Shown here: in pieces, positions 17,087-27,463 of the stretch
How positions within the stretch are numbered: the stretch's first letter is position 1
Layout of the letters: each line of letters begins with the position of its first letter
Assembly: GCA_022428205.1 (NCBI GenBank)
Contig: JAKMCW010000068.1
Location: 473 to 64,472, forward strand
Direction of reading: 5' to 3'
Source of the DNA: Flavobacteriales bacterium
GTDB lineage: Bacteria; Bacteroidota; Bacteroidia; Flavobacteriales_D; Sanyastnellaceae
DNA: 64,000 bases
The notes under the pieces: generated by a model
What the model was told of the DNA's origin: nothing
The model's input: the letters and a program-made list of their open reading frames with translations, nothing else
Database searches by the model: none
Program-made: the position numbers and the translations under genes

Positions 17087-19741
17087 ATGGCACAAGACAT
17101 CCCCTCACAGTACGATCCTACCACTGTCGAAGACCGCTGGACCCAAGTTTGGGAGGACGCGAAGGCATTTAGAAGCGTGCCCGACGACCGGGAGCCCTAC
17201 ACGATCGTCATCCCCCCTCCCAATGTCACCGGTGTGCTGCACATGGGACACATGCTCAACAACACCATCCAAGATGTCTTGGTGCGCCGGGCCAGGATGC
17301 AAGGCAAAAACGCCTGCTGGGTGCCCGGTACCGACCACGCCTCCATTGCGACAGAGGCCAAGGTGGTCCACAAACTCCGCGATCAAGGCATCAAAAAGTC
17401 CGACCTGAGCCGCGATGCCTTTTTGGAGCACGCGTGGGATTGGACGCGCGAGCACGGCGGCATCATACTCAAGCAACTCCGCAAACTCGGTGCCAGCTGT
17501 GATTGGGAACGCACCAACTTCACCCTCGACGAGCACTACAGCCGAAGCGTGATTGACACCTTCCTGGATCTGCACGCCAAAGGCCATATTTACCGGGGCC
17601 TCAGGATGGTCAATTGGGATCCCCAGGCCTTGACTGCGGTGAGTGACGAGGAGGTCATCCATACCGAAGAGCAATCCAAGCTCCACCACGTTCGATACCA
17701 AATCGAAGGCCAAGAAGAATGGCTGACCATCGCCACTACGCGTCCCGAAACCATCCTGGCCGATACTGCCATTTGCATCCATCCCGAAGACGAACGATAC
17801 ACCCACCTTCATGGTCAGCGGGCCATTGTCCCCCTCGCAGGGCGCAGCGTACCCATCATCCTCGATGAGTATGTGGACCGAGAATTTGGAACCGGATGCC
17901 TGAAAGTCACCCCTGCGCACGACCCCAACGACAATGAGCTCGGCAAGAAGCACGACCTCGAAGTCATCGACATGTTCAACCCCAACGGCACCGTAAATGC
18001 TGTGGGCGGATCATTTGAAGGGCAAGACCGCTTTGAAGCACGCAAGACGTTTACAGCAGCCTTGGATGCGGCAGGTCACCTCGTGAAAGTGGAGGACCAC
18101 CCGAACAAAGTCGGCCGTTCTGAGCGCACTGGCGCGGTCATTGAGCCCCGCCTTTCCATGCAATGGTTCGTGGCCATGGAAGACCTGGCCAAGCCTGCGT
18201 TGGACCACGTCATGGATGACACCATCCAATTCCACCCGGCCAAGTTCAAGAACAGTTACCGCAACTGGATGGAAAACGTCAAGGACTGGTGTATCTCCCG
18301 CCAACTGTGGTGGGGCCATCGGATTCCAGCGTGGTACTACGAGGGAGAACCCACTGCTGCGGATGCCAAGTTTGTGGTGGCGGCAGACGCCGAGACCGCG
18401 GCCCAAAAAGCCTCCGAAGCCGCAGGGCGTCCCATCACACCAGCAGACCTGCGTCAAGACGAAGACGTCTTGGACACCTGGTTCAGTTCGTGGCTCTGGC
18501 CCATCAGCGTATTTGACGGCTTCTATTCCAAAGAAGAGGTCGACTACTACTACCCCACCAACGATCTCGTGACGGCACCTGAGATCATGTTTTTCTGGGT
18601 GGCCCGCATGGTCATAGCCGGCTACGAATACCGGCAAGCGCCCCCATTCAAAAACGTCTACTACACGGGCATTGTGAGGGACAAGCAAGGGCGCAAAATG
18701 TCCAAGTCCTTGGGCAATTCCCCCGACCCCATTGCGCTCATGCAGCAATATGGTGCCGACGGTGTCCGCGTGGGCATGTTGCTCACATCCCCTGCAGGGA
18801 ACGACCTTCCATTCGACGAATCCTTGTGCGAGCAGGGCCGGAATTTCTCCAATAAAATCTGGAACGCGTTCCGCTTGGTCAAAGGCTGGGAAGTCAGCGA
18901 AACAGCGGAACAACCCGCTCACGCTGCTGCTGGCATCCAATGGTTTGAAGCCCGTTCAGAAGCCGTCTTGGCAGACATCGAACAGGCTTTTGCAGAGTTC
19001 CGCCTCAGCGAGGCCCTCATGGCGACGTACAAGCACATTTGGGACGATTTCTGCTCCTGGTACCTCGAGCTGGCCAAACCGACCTACGGTGAGCCCTGCG
19101 ACAGTGCCACATACGCGGCCACAGTCCGCCTGTTTGAGCGCATGCTGTCGCTGCTCCACCCCTTCATGCCTTTCCTCACAGAAGAGGTGTACAGCCTGCT
19201 TCAGGAGCGCCCTGAAGGGACGTTGTTGTGTCAATCGCCTTTCCCCACACGTTCGGGCGAAGCCACGAATGACCAATTGCTCGCCGACTTCGACCTGACG
19301 ACCCGCATCGTAGCCGAAGTCCGGGGCATTCGTCAAAAAGGCCACATCCCCAACAAACAAGCCCTCGACCTGAAGGTCATCGTGGACGCAGAAGGAAAAC
19401 GATACCCTGCCGATCTCGAAAGCGTGGTCTGTCACTTGTGCAACGTCACCGAAGTCGAACGGATCTCCGAGAAGGTGACGGGCGCATTTGGCTTTGTGGT
19501 GGAAACCCACGAGTTCTTCATTCCTGCTGGGGACGCAGTTGACCTCGACGCCGAAAAGGAAAAAATCCGAAAGGACCTTGAATACCAGCAGGGCTTCTTG
19601 AACATCGTGCGCAAAAAATTGAGCAACGAAAGGTTCGTCAATGGAGCTCCAGAACAGGTCGTGGCCGCAGAGCGTGCCAAAGAGGCCGACGCCGCAGCCA
19701 AGATTGAGGTCCTACAGGCTCAGCTCTCCGCATTGGGTTAA
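17087..19741 (+). CDS. valS: valine--tRNA ligase
   Basis: 884 aa; PPPNVTGVLHMGH (HIGH region), KMSKSLGN (KMSKS), C-terminal coiled coil. Confidence 0.97.
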   Translation: MAQDIPSQYDPTTVEDRWTQVWEDAKAFRSVPDDREPYTIVIPPPNVTGVLHMGHMLNNTIQDVLVRRARMQGKNACWVPGTDHASIATEAKVVHKLRDQGIKKSDLSRDAFLEHAWDWTREHGGIILKQLRKLGASCDWERTNFTLDEHYSRSVIDTFLDLHAKGHIYRGLRMVNWDPQALTAVSDEEVIHTEEQSKLHHVRYQIEGQEEWLTIATTRPETILADTAICIHPEDERYTHLHGQRAIVPLAGRSVPIILDEYVDREFGTGCLKVTPAHDPNDNELGKKHDLEVIDMFNPNGTVNAVGGSFEGQDRFEARKTFTAALDAAGHLVKVEDHPNKVGRSERTGAVIEPRLSMQWFVAMEDLAKPALDHVMDDTIQFHPAKFKNSYRNWMENVKDWCISRQLWWGHRIPAWYYEGEPTAADAKFVVAADAETAAQKASEAAGRPITPADLRQDEDVLDTWFSSWLWPISVFDGFYSKEEVDYYYPTNDLVTAPEIMFFWVARMVIAGYEYRQAPPFKNVYYTGIVRDKQGRKMSKSLGNSPDPIALMQQYGADGVRVGMLLTSPAGNDLPFDESLCEQGRNFSNKIWNAFRLVKGWEVSETAEQPAHAAAGIQWFEARSEAVLADIEQAFAEFRLSEALMATYKHIWDDFCSWYLELAKPTYGEPCDSATYAATVRLFERMLSLLHPFMPFLTEEVYSLLQERPEGTLLCQSPFPTRSGEATNDQLLADFDLTTRIVAEVRGIRQKGHIPNKQALDLKVIVDAEGKRYPADLESVVCHLCNVTEVERISEKVTGAFGFVVETHEFFIPAGDAVDLDAEKEKIRKDLEYQQGFLNIVRKKLSNERFVNGAPEQVVAAERAKEADAAAKIEVLQAQLSALG

Positions 19742-19808
19742 GCCCCTACCGTCCAAGGCATGGGGGACCTTTCATCAGTGACGGTCATTGCCTTGACCGC
19801 TCCTTAAA

Positions 19809-20207
19809 TCAACGTGGCCGTTGCAAGCGGTGGTCCACGCTGTATGCTCCTCCTCCCATGAGGGCGAGCACCAAAAACGGCACCAAGAAGAGCAAGGCGT
19901 GTTCCTTGTCTGAAATGGGATCGCCGGCATGCGCACCGAAAGCAGCCACCGCCATGGTGATGGCCGCTGGGATGGACATCCAACGGGTGAACAAACCGAG
20001 CACCAAAAAGGCCGGCGCTACCAACTCACCGAAAACAGCCAGCCCCAAAGAAGCCTCTGTTCCGATGCCCATCCAATCATAGAACTTGACCTCTCCGGCC
20101 TCTAATCCTGTGATCAGCCGGTTCAATTTGCTCCACCCGTGCGGCACCATCAAACCACCTGCACCTAATCGAAGCAACAATAGAGAAAGGTCCTTTTTCC
20201 AAGCCAT
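19809..20207 (-). CDS. DoxX family membrane protein
   Basis: Start at ATG 20207: MAWKKDLSLLLLRLGAGGLMVPHGWSKL plus three further hydrophobic helices. Confidence 0.8.
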   Translation of the reverse strand: MAWKKDLSLLLLRLGAGGLMVPHGWSKLNRLITGLEAGEVKFYDWMGIGTEASLGLAVFGELVAPAFLVLGLFTRWMSIPAAITMAVAAFGAHAGDPISDKEHALLFLVPFLVLALMGGGAYSVDHRLQRPR

Positions 20208-20398
20208 AGTGGCAAAGTAAGCGCAGATTCTGAAAGACAGAGAAGGCCGTCCGACGTTTCGAACGGCCTTCCGTAACCAAAACCTAGAAGCTGTCAGTGG
20301 CGCCTCCGCAACCAACTGACAAGGTGAATCTGCAGTGTGATTCCCCACCCCCGACACCGGCTTCGCAGCCGTCCGCATGCTGTTCGCCAGCGCAAAAA

Positions 20399-20424
20399 GA
20401 AAGGCGCCCCGTGGGGCGCCTTTC
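20399..20424 (-). terminator. rho-independent terminator downstream of the tandem hydrolase-like gene
   Basis: GAAAGGCGCCCC-GT-GGGGCGCCTTTC perfect GC-rich hairpin, followed on the minus strand by TTTTT (A-run at 20394-20398). Confidence 0.75.
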
Positions 20425-20449
20425 CTAAATCTTAAACGGTGTTGCGTTA

Positions 20450-23400
20450 TCAGTCACATGGCTGACCGAAGCTACCCAGCAAGAGCAGCAAGTCACCTAC
20501 AGCCGTAGCACCATCTCCATCGAGGTCGGTGGGGCAAGGGTTGGAACCGCTCACCTCACAGGTGCCATCATCGACAGTAGCGGAGGCATTATAGTTGCTC
20601 GCGTCAGCGTATGTACAACCGTAAACAATGGCCGTAGCACAGCTTCCGTCGTCCGTACCTGCGAATGGATTGTACTCCGCACTGAACGGATCGGTACAAC
20701 CTGAGCAGAGTCCGCACTCAGCGTAACACACTGCATCCAAAATCATGGGGCTGTCCGTCACTGTAACTGAGCGCATCGTGCTGCAGTCACCGGAAATGGA
20801 TTCGGTCATACCACCATTGGTGTAGTTGAAGTCATAGCTTCCTACACCGAGTGTCACGGTCAACTCCCATACGCCATATCCCATGGACATCATGTCGGCT
20901 GAAGTACCACCGGTCACATCACCAGTCAGGCCCATCGCACCATCCACAGTCGTGTTGGAAGCGTTCACACGGAACGTGATCTCAAATTGGCAACTGCCGT
21001 CGTCGGTGTTGGCACCACTGTCGAAGTTGACAGCGTCCGTATTGGTACAACCGTTGTAGTTACAAGGACCTTCATCCGTTGCATTCTCGTTGTAGTTGTC
21101 CGCTTGAGGGTCAGAACAACCAGGAATCTCCTGGCAGTCGAGCAAACCGTCACCGTCGGTGTCGGTGTAGTCGCAGAGCAAGCTGATGTCACAAGGATTA
21201 GTGAATCCGCAAGCCGTTGGATCACCACAACCTGGGGTAAAGCTGCTCAATGGAGCGGCCCAGAGGTATTGTGGTCCGAGAACGGGGACAATGGTGCGCC
21301 ACACTCCGTTCTGTTCGGCGAGGGTCAAAACATTGCCGAGCAAGTTGACCGTGAATTGTCCACCGCACATGCCTACTGGCGTAGCGCTGGCGAGACCAAC
21401 CAAATCGACGAGCAAACCTCCAGTGGGGTCCGTCACATTGGACATCACGAGCGGTCCACCGGTGCCATCACCGAGGAACACACCGTTTACTGCAACGTTG
21501 GGGTTGACACCGCCGTCTGCTTCGCAACCGCCAGCGAGAGGCTCATTGTCCGTGCCAGTCAAGGTCAAGCCCACCAACCAAACGTTTTCAGCTCCCGTTG
21601 GCAATGTGGTGTCCATGTAGTCACATGATCCATCATCCTCCGTAGCAAAACCGTCATAGTTACAGGCAATCACATCGGTACAACCAGGCACCACCAGAGA
21701 GTTACCATCGCAGTCAAATCCATCGGCGGCGTACTCACAAGAACCATCATCTGTGGTCGCCAAAGCACTGTAGTTACAAGCCGTTTCGTCGTTACAGCCA
21801 GGACCGAGGGCAGCAACCTCCAAACTCACCGCCAAACGTGGCGCTGTATAGTTGGTGATCTCGTTGATCCAGTAGGCTGCCTCAGCAGGTCCCATGGTGG
21901 GGTTCAAAGTCAACTGAGTCGCCGCGATATTGGTTCCGTTGAGGTTGTCTACAAACTCCGTCGTAGCCACGTCCCACCACTGCCAAGGAGCTCCGTCGAA
22001 AGGCTCGGTAGGAGCACCGTCTACGTAGTTGTTGAGAACAGGGTACAAACCATCCCATCCCTGGTTTCCAAATGCAACCGCCGGATCCGGCAATCCAATC
22101 TCGGCGAAGACTGCGTTGTTGTTGTTGGCATAGCCATTGATCTCAGCGTGCACATCGTAGGCACCGCTAACCTCCACAACAGGCTCGTTGGTCGTAGGCA
22201 CAACCAAAACACCTGAGGTGTAAGGCGCGAACTGGTCGTGCGGGCCATGGAAGCTCACCATCGGGACATCGCCTTCATCCAACCAGTTCAAGTCACCCAA
22301 AGCACCACCGAGGTTCATTTGGAAGTTGAACGCAGATGAAATGGGGTCGCCGTTCGCGTAATCCACGTGATTGGCAAGGCACATTGGGAAGCCGCCAATC
22401 TCTGCGGGGGCAAAACCATCGATCGTCGCGTTGGGGTCTCCATGAATGGACTCAATCACCATCGGAATTTGCTCTCCTGTACCTGGATCGTACCAGAACT
22501 TGGAGATGGGCGCACCCGCATCATCGAGGATGATGTCATTGTAACTGGAAATACCGGCAGAAGCCAAAGTGATGTAACCACCCGTGCCCTCTCCGAACAT
22601 TGCAATCTTCTCGGTTGACACCCCCCAAGGGTTGCTGTCGTCCACCACAGACTTACGGAAGTAACGCACAGCCGTACGGCTGTCCTGCACACCGCGGTAG
22701 GCTGCCTGAATCAACTGGAGCGTCCGCTCATCTTGAGTGGCCGCCAAGGCATTCCATCCCAAACGGTAGTCACAGCTGGCCACGACGTATCCCTTCTTGG
22801 CGAACTCGGTACAGAGGGCAACAGCACAAGAGTCCGTGCGGTTACCTACAGGACTGCCATTCACGTATTGAGGCAAGAAGTTACCCGTGTGGAAGTACAA
22901 AATCAGAGGACGGTCAGTCTCAGTATCACCTGCCGGAGCATAGATGTCGCACAGCAAATCCTCCGGAGCAGGAGGTGCGCCTTGAAGCGCAGGGATGACC
23001 GTGATGTTGTTGCCGTAAACCACACCAGAGGTGACTTCGACGTCTGAGAACACCTCATCGATGTAGCGCACGCCATTGCTGTTGATCTGACCTTCCGTCA
23101 ATACACCAAGCGCGAGGCCCATACGGGGCGAGTTGTAATCCACGATCTGGTCAATCCAGAACATCGCCTCTGCCTCGCCCATGGTGGGGTTCAAGGTCAA
23201 TTGGGTGGCCAAGATGGTGGTGCCGTTGGCATCGTCATAGGCCTGGACAGCGGCTTCACTGAACCACTGCCAAGGAGAGCTGTCGAATGGCTCCGTCGCC
23301 ACGCCGTCCACATAACTGTTCAGTACAGGGAAGAGTCCGGACCAACCGTTGTTACTGGCAGAAGCGGCATCGTCGATGTCCGCGTCTGCAAAGACAGCGT

Positions 23401-24415
23401 TGTTGTTCATCGCATATCCATTGATTTCCTCATGGACGTCATATGCACCGCTCACCTCCACAACAGGCTCGTTCGTGGTAGGCACAATCAAGACGGCTGT
23501 CTCATAAGGTGCATAGGGGTCATGTGGACACTGGAAGCTGACCATGGGAATGTCTCCCTCGTCCAACCAGTTCAAGTCACCCAAGGCTCCGCCCAAGTTG
23601 AATTGAAAGTCGAAGTCAGATGGGATCGGATCTCCGCTGTTATAGTTGACGTGGTTGGCCATGCAGAGCTGGAGCGGACCTGCCTCAGTAGGGGCATACC
23701 CGTCGTTGGTTGCATTGGGGTTTCCGTGTACGTCCTCAATGACCATGGGGATATCAGTTCCAGTTCCTGGGTCGTACCAGAACTTAGAAATGGGTATACC
23801 CGAATCATCGAGAATGATGTCGTTGTAGCTGCTGATGCCGGCGGAAGCCATGGTGATGTATCCACCGGTTCCATCGCCACCCATTCCAATCTTGGACTCA
23901 TCGATGCCGTAAGGGTTGCCATCATCGGTGGCAGACTTACGGAAGAAACGCACTGCAGTGCGGCTGTCCTGAACGCCACGGTAAGCCGCTTGAATCAGCT
24001 GCTGTGTGCGCTCGCTTTGGGTGGAGGCCAGCGGGTTCCATCCCAACCGGTAATTCACACTGGCCACGACGTAGCCCATCTTGGCGTAACGCGTGCAGAG
24101 CTCCACAACGGCGCTGTCCGTCTTGGTGCCTTGCGCCCCTCCATTGAGGTAAGGTGGCAGGAAGTTACCTGTGTGGAACATGAGCAACAACGGACGGTCG
24201 GTCTCGCTGTCACCAGTGGGTTCGTAGAGGTCAAGCACCAAAGGCTGCGGAGAAGGCGGGAGGCCCTGCAACGTGGTGATGACGGTAATGTTGGTTCCGT
24301 ACTGGATGTCGGAAGTAACGGTGACATCGCTGAACACCTCATCGAGGTATCTGGTCTGCGCACCGGCGGTCAAGCAAGCGAAAAACGCTGCAAGAAGGAG
24401 ACAAGTTTGCTTCAT
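20450..24415 (-). CDS. secreted multidomain protein: two tandem alpha/beta-hydrolase-like modules, Cys-rich linkers, CBM-like module, dockerin-like C-terminal tail
   Basis: Signal peptide MKQTCLLLAAFFACLTAGAQ. Internal duplication of about 428 aa (TRYLDEVFSDVTVTS... / VRYIDEVFSDVEVTS...). Esterase-like LDLYEP...RPLLLMFHTGNF and IGMGGDGTGGY. Ends in CPTDLDGDGATAVGDLLLLLGSFGQPCD. Confidence 0.7.
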   Translation of the reverse strand: MKQTCLLLAAFFACLTAGAQTRYLDEVFSDVTVTSDIQYGTNITVITTLQGLPPSPQPLVLDLYEPTGDSETDRPLLLMFHTGNFLPPYLNGGAQGTKTDSAVVELCTRYAKMGYVVASVNYRLGWNPLASTQSERTQQLIQAAYRGVQDSRTAVRFFRKSATDDGNPYGIDESKIGMGGDGTGGYITMASAGISSYNDIILDDSGIPISKFWYDPGTGTDIPMVIEDVHGNPNATNDGYAPTEAGPLQLCMANHVNYNSGDPIPSDFDFQFNLGGALGDLNWLDEGDIPMVSFQCPHDPYAPYETAVLIVPTTNEPVVEVSGAYDVHEEINGYAMNNNAVFADADIDDAASASNNGWSGLFPVLNSYVDGVATEPFDSSPWQWFSEAAVQAYDDANGTTILATQLTLNPTMGEAEAMFWIDQIVDYNSPRMGLALGVLTEGQINSNGVRYIDEVFSDVEVTSGVVYGNNITVIPALQGAPPAPEDLLCDIYAPAGDTETDRPLILYFHTGNFLPQYVNGSPVGNRTDSCAVALCTEFAKKGYVVASCDYRLGWNALAATQDERTLQLIQAAYRGVQDSRTAVRYFRKSVVDDSNPWGVSTEKIAMFGEGTGGYITLASAGISSYNDIILDDAGAPISKFWYDPGTGEQIPMVIESIHGDPNATIDGFAPAEIGGFPMCLANHVDYANGDPISSAFNFQMNLGGALGDLNWLDEGDVPMVSFHGPHDQFAPYTSGVLVVPTTNEPVVEVSGAYDVHAEINGYANNNNAVFAEIGLPDPAVAFGNQGWDGLYPVLNNYVDGAPTEPFDGAPWQWWDVATTEFVDNLNGTNIAATQLTLNPTMGPAEAAYWINEITNYTAPRLAVSLEVAALGPGCNDETACNYSALATTDDGSCEYAADGFDCDGNSLVVPGCTDVIACNYDGFATEDDGSCDYMDTTLPTGAENVWLVGLTLTGTDNEPLAGGCEADGGVNPNVAVNGVFLGDGTGGPLVMSNVTDPTGGLLVDLVGLASATPVGMCGGQFTVNLLGNVLTLAEQNGVWRTIVPVLGPQYLWAAPLSSFTPGCGDPTACGFTNPCDISLLCDYTDTDGDGLLDCQEIPGCSDPQADNYNENATDEGPCNYNGCTNTDAVNFDSGANTDDGSCQFEITFRVNASNTTVDGAMGLTGDVTGGTSADMMSMGYGVWELTVTLGVGSYDFNYTNGGMTESISGDCSTMRSVTVTDSPMILDAVCYAECGLCSGCTDPFSAEYNPFAGTDDGSCATAIVYGCTYADASNYNASATVDDGTCEVSGSNPCPTDLDGDGATAVGDLLLLLGSFGQPCD
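20453..20542 (-). other. Cys-bracketed dockerin-like C-terminal tail (single repeat)
   Basis: NPCPTDLDGDGATAVGDLLLLLGSFGQPCD-stop. Confidence 0.7.
21800..24355 (-). repeat. internal duplication of an ~428-aa alpha/beta-hydrolase-like module (approximately 24355..23072 and 23071..21800)
   Basis: The second module starts at codon 449 (GTG at 23071) and is colinear with residues 21-448. Long identical peptide stretches occur, e.g. QLIQAAYRGVQDSRTAVR and SAGISSYNDIILDD. Confidence 0.85.
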
Positions 24416-24536
24416 GGTTTGGTCCCTAGGTTGAGAGGGAAAGATAGTTAAGTGCTCGAAACGGTGTACGAATTACACACAGCATTCCATCCACACGTCT
24501 TCAAGAAATTTGTAACTGTCGGAAATACCCCGGAAA

Positions 24537-27386
24537 TCAATTCCGTGTATCCACTTCATACAAAAGACTGAGGTAGGCCAAACGGCCCACAGAAGGCCCG
24601 CCATACGCCTCTATGTGCCAGTTCTCCAGCACGTTAGAGGCCCCCGCCTTGATGGTCAAATTGACTTGATCAATGTGGGCGTTGGCCTGCACGTCCAACA
24701 AATCGAAGGTGGGAACATATCCTGTGAATTGGGGGGAGCCTTCAAAAACGAAGCCCTGAACCCACTTATAATTCACGCCGAATCCCCATGTGCTCGCCTC
24801 TCGCAATCGAAGGTCGCGGGTGCTTACCCCCAAATTATACTTATGCTCGGGTGTGTTGAATGCAGGGATGATGGGGTCATCCTCATCTGTCTTGACCAGT
24901 CGGTTCCAGCTGTAATTGCCGGACAGCATCCAATTGTCACCCACGTACCAATTGGCACCAATGGATGCTCCAGTCGTCCTCACGTCGTTGATCGAGTTGG
25001 CAGCGTAGCGAAACACATCCACTCCTGTCACCGCTTCCGGGAATGAGGGGTTTTGGAAGAGTACGTCCAAACCGATGTTGTATCCGATGAAATTGGTGTA
25101 CTGGCTGTAATACCAACTTCCATCGAGATAGAGCTTGTCCCACAAGGTCGTGCGGTACCCCAGCTCCACAGACTGCACTTGCTCTGGACGCAAGGGCGCG
25201 ATGTTGAAGTATTGCATGGTGTCGAGGTTACCAAAGGGCAATCCCGCTGCACTCGAAATGCTGTTGCGGTAATCCACAAAACTCGAGAGCGTAACAAGGC
25301 TGTCCCGCCCCTCCAAGTTTCCGACCAGCGTGGCGGGGCCGACATCGAGATAGAGGTATTGGTCCGCCAAGGTGGGATTGCGCAATGCACTGGAAAAACT
25401 CACGCGCATGTAGTCCTGTTCGCGCGGCTTCCACACCAACGATGCTGCCGGAGAGAAGACCCAATCGAAGTTCTGGTTCTTGTCGGCACGAATCGTAGCC
25501 GTCGTGATCACCTTGTCTTCGGCAAAACGCTTGCGCACACCTCCGTACAGGCCCAATTCCTGATTGGTGATGACCACGCCAGCGGTATCACTAAAAATGG
25601 TGCCGTCGCTGTTCGGGGTATACCTCCTGAAATTGGCGCCAAACCGCAGTTCTTCGAGACCCGCGGGCTTGAATATGCGCTCTCCGTGCAGGTGAATGAG
25701 GCTCGAACGGTCATAGAAGCGCGTTCCCCCCTCCCCTTCATTGTTCTTCAGCGCCGTGATCCGATCAAATGCTTCTTGAAACTCAGCACTCCCCGGCTCG
25801 AGATGGCCCAGGGGTTCCGACATCACATCACTGAGACTGGCATACCCTTCATTGGTCCACCCCTCTACAAGGCTGTGCCACGAATTCAGGTTGTTTGCAT
25901 TGTTGCTGTACCAAGCAGTAATGCTATCGGGAGGAATGGTGAATGTGGGAAAAGAGCCAGAAGTGTCCAGAATACCCTCAGGCCAAGTCCCACTGATTTG
26001 TGGCGCAATGCTGTCGACCCAATAACGGTAGTAGACCTTGGCGTAATTGTAATCGCTGCGGGTCTCCTCTTGCAACCGCAATGCAGTGGCGTAGGGGTCA
26101 TAGCTGTCACCGGCATCTTCACTGGTACGGTAAGCCCGCACAAACCACTTTCCAGGCTTGGACAACTGCAACTTGTGCTGATAGAACTCAATGTTCCGCA
26201 AGGAGAAGCGGTTGTCTCCTTGGTACACCGTGGTGCCAAAGCCGCTATTGAAACCGTAGACCAACTCCGCGGACTCGTAGGTCTGATCAGGTTGGAGACG
26301 CAAGTGGAGCGCCGTCGAGACCTTGAGGTTATTGGTACCGTAATCCACCAGATCGATTTCCCTGTACCCAGTTCGGTAGAAGGACCCAAGACCACGGGCA
26401 TTCGAACTGTTGTCTCCGCTGTAGTCAAACACCGTTCTGTACTCGTCACCGTAGACGTTCACGGCATCATAGCGACCGGGATTTGAGGCGTCGACATCCG
26501 AGCCGTCAACGGGGTCATAATTGTCCGCCACCCAATCGTCCGCACTGAATCGAAAAGCGTTGATCTTGAATCCCAAGACGGGGTTCCCTGCTGCATTCTC
26601 GATGTAGTCCGCATAACGGAAACCGGTCTCTGTCAGGTTGCGCTCACCCATTTTCGCACTCACCGAAACTCCCGGGAAGCGGAAAGGCGACTTCGTCTCC
26701 ATAGAAACAACACCGTTGAATGCACCTGGACCGTAAAATGCGCTGCTCGCACCCGCCACAATGTCCACCTTCATGACATCCAATTCGGGTGCGCCCAAAA
26801 AGTTGCCCAACGAAAAGTTGAGACCTGGACTTTGGTTGTCTACACCATCAATCAGCTGAAGTGAGCGCACCGGTGAAGTGCTATTGAATCCACGGGTATT
26901 GATGATTTTGAAGCCCAGCGATGCGCTGGTCATGTCCACCCCTTTGAGGTTACCCAGTCCTTCATAAAAGTTGCCACTCGGCGCCTCCTTGATCGCCAGC
27001 ACGTCCATGGACTCCACCGTCAATGGTCCTTGCTTCTGGCGCTCGTCAATGCGCGAGCCTACCACCTCTGCTTCTTCCATCAACACCGCGTCGGGCTGCA
27101 GCACTGCGCGAACCTCTTCGGCTGCGTTGCGCACGTCGACAGTCAGCATGGCATATCCGATAAAACTGATATTGAGCCGAACCGGCAAAGTCGCCACCTC
27201 GAGGCGAAACCGGCCATCAAAATCAGTGGAGGTCCCCGTTGTACTGCCTTGGACCAAGACGCCAGCAGCAAACACGGGGTCGCCGGTCTCCCCATCCAAC
27301 ACTTGACCCTTGACCACCACTTGGGAAAAAGCAGGAAGGGACAACAGACTCAACAACAGGCAAACAGCCCAATTTTGGAGGCGCAT
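24537..27386 (-). CDS. TonB-dependent receptor with N-terminal CarboxypepD_reg-like domain
   Basis: Signal MRLQNWAVCLLLSLLSLPAFSQ, VVKGQVLDGETGDPVFAAGVLVQGSTTGTSTDFDGRFRLEV, plug domain, long beta-barrel ending in YLSLLYEV. No SusD-like gene is adjacent. Confidence 0.9.
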   Translation of the reverse strand: MRLQNWAVCLLLSLLSLPAFSQVVVKGQVLDGETGDPVFAAGVLVQGSTTGTSTDFDGRFRLEVATLPVRLNISFIGYAMLTVDVRNAAEEVRAVLQPDAVLMEEAEVVGSRIDERQKQGPLTVESMDVLAIKEAPSGNFYEGLGNLKGVDMTSASLGFKIINTRGFNSTSPVRSLQLIDGVDNQSPGLNFSLGNFLGAPELDVMKVDIVAGASSAFYGPGAFNGVVSMETKSPFRFPGVSVSAKMGERNLTETGFRYADYIENAAGNPVLGFKINAFRFSADDWVADNYDPVDGSDVDASNPGRYDAVNVYGDEYRTVFDYSGDNSSNARGLGSFYRTGYREIDLVDYGTNNLKVSTALHLRLQPDQTYESAELVYGFNSGFGTTVYQGDNRFSLRNIEFYQHKLQLSKPGKWFVRAYRTSEDAGDSYDPYATALRLQEETRSDYNYAKVYYRYWVDSIAPQISGTWPEGILDTSGSFPTFTIPPDSITAWYSNNANNLNSWHSLVEGWTNEGYASLSDVMSEPLGHLEPGSAEFQEAFDRITALKNNEGEGGTRFYDRSSLIHLHGERIFKPAGLEELRFGANFRRYTPNSDGTIFSDTAGVVITNQELGLYGGVRKRFAEDKVITTATIRADKNQNFDWVFSPAASLVWKPREQDYMRVSFSSALRNPTLADQYLYLDVGPATLVGNLEGRDSLVTLSSFVDYRNSISSAAGLPFGNLDTMQYFNIAPLRPEQVQSVELGYRTTLWDKLYLDGSWYYSQYTNFIGYNIGLDVLFQNPSFPEAVTGVDVFRYAANSINDVRTTGASIGANWYVGDNWMLSGNYSWNRLVKTDEDDPIIPAFNTPEHKYNLGVSTRDLRLREASTWGFGVNYKWVQGFVFEGSPQFTGYVPTFDLLDVQANAHIDQVNLTIKAGASNVLENWHIEAYGGPSVGRLAYLSLLYEVDTRN

Positions 27387-27463
27387 CTGGCACATCATTC
27401 TTCGTTCAAATCGCAGTTTGGCACCATCCTCAAGGAGGAAGCGCCGGACAATATGCGACGAAA

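Noticed and set aside
19748-19798. Inverted repeats (ACCGTC/GACGGT and CAAGGCA/TGCCTTG) after valS as a terminator
   Set aside because: The two repeat pairs are interleaved rather than nested. The best single stem has a ~27-nt loop and no T-run. This is not convincing as an intrinsic terminator.
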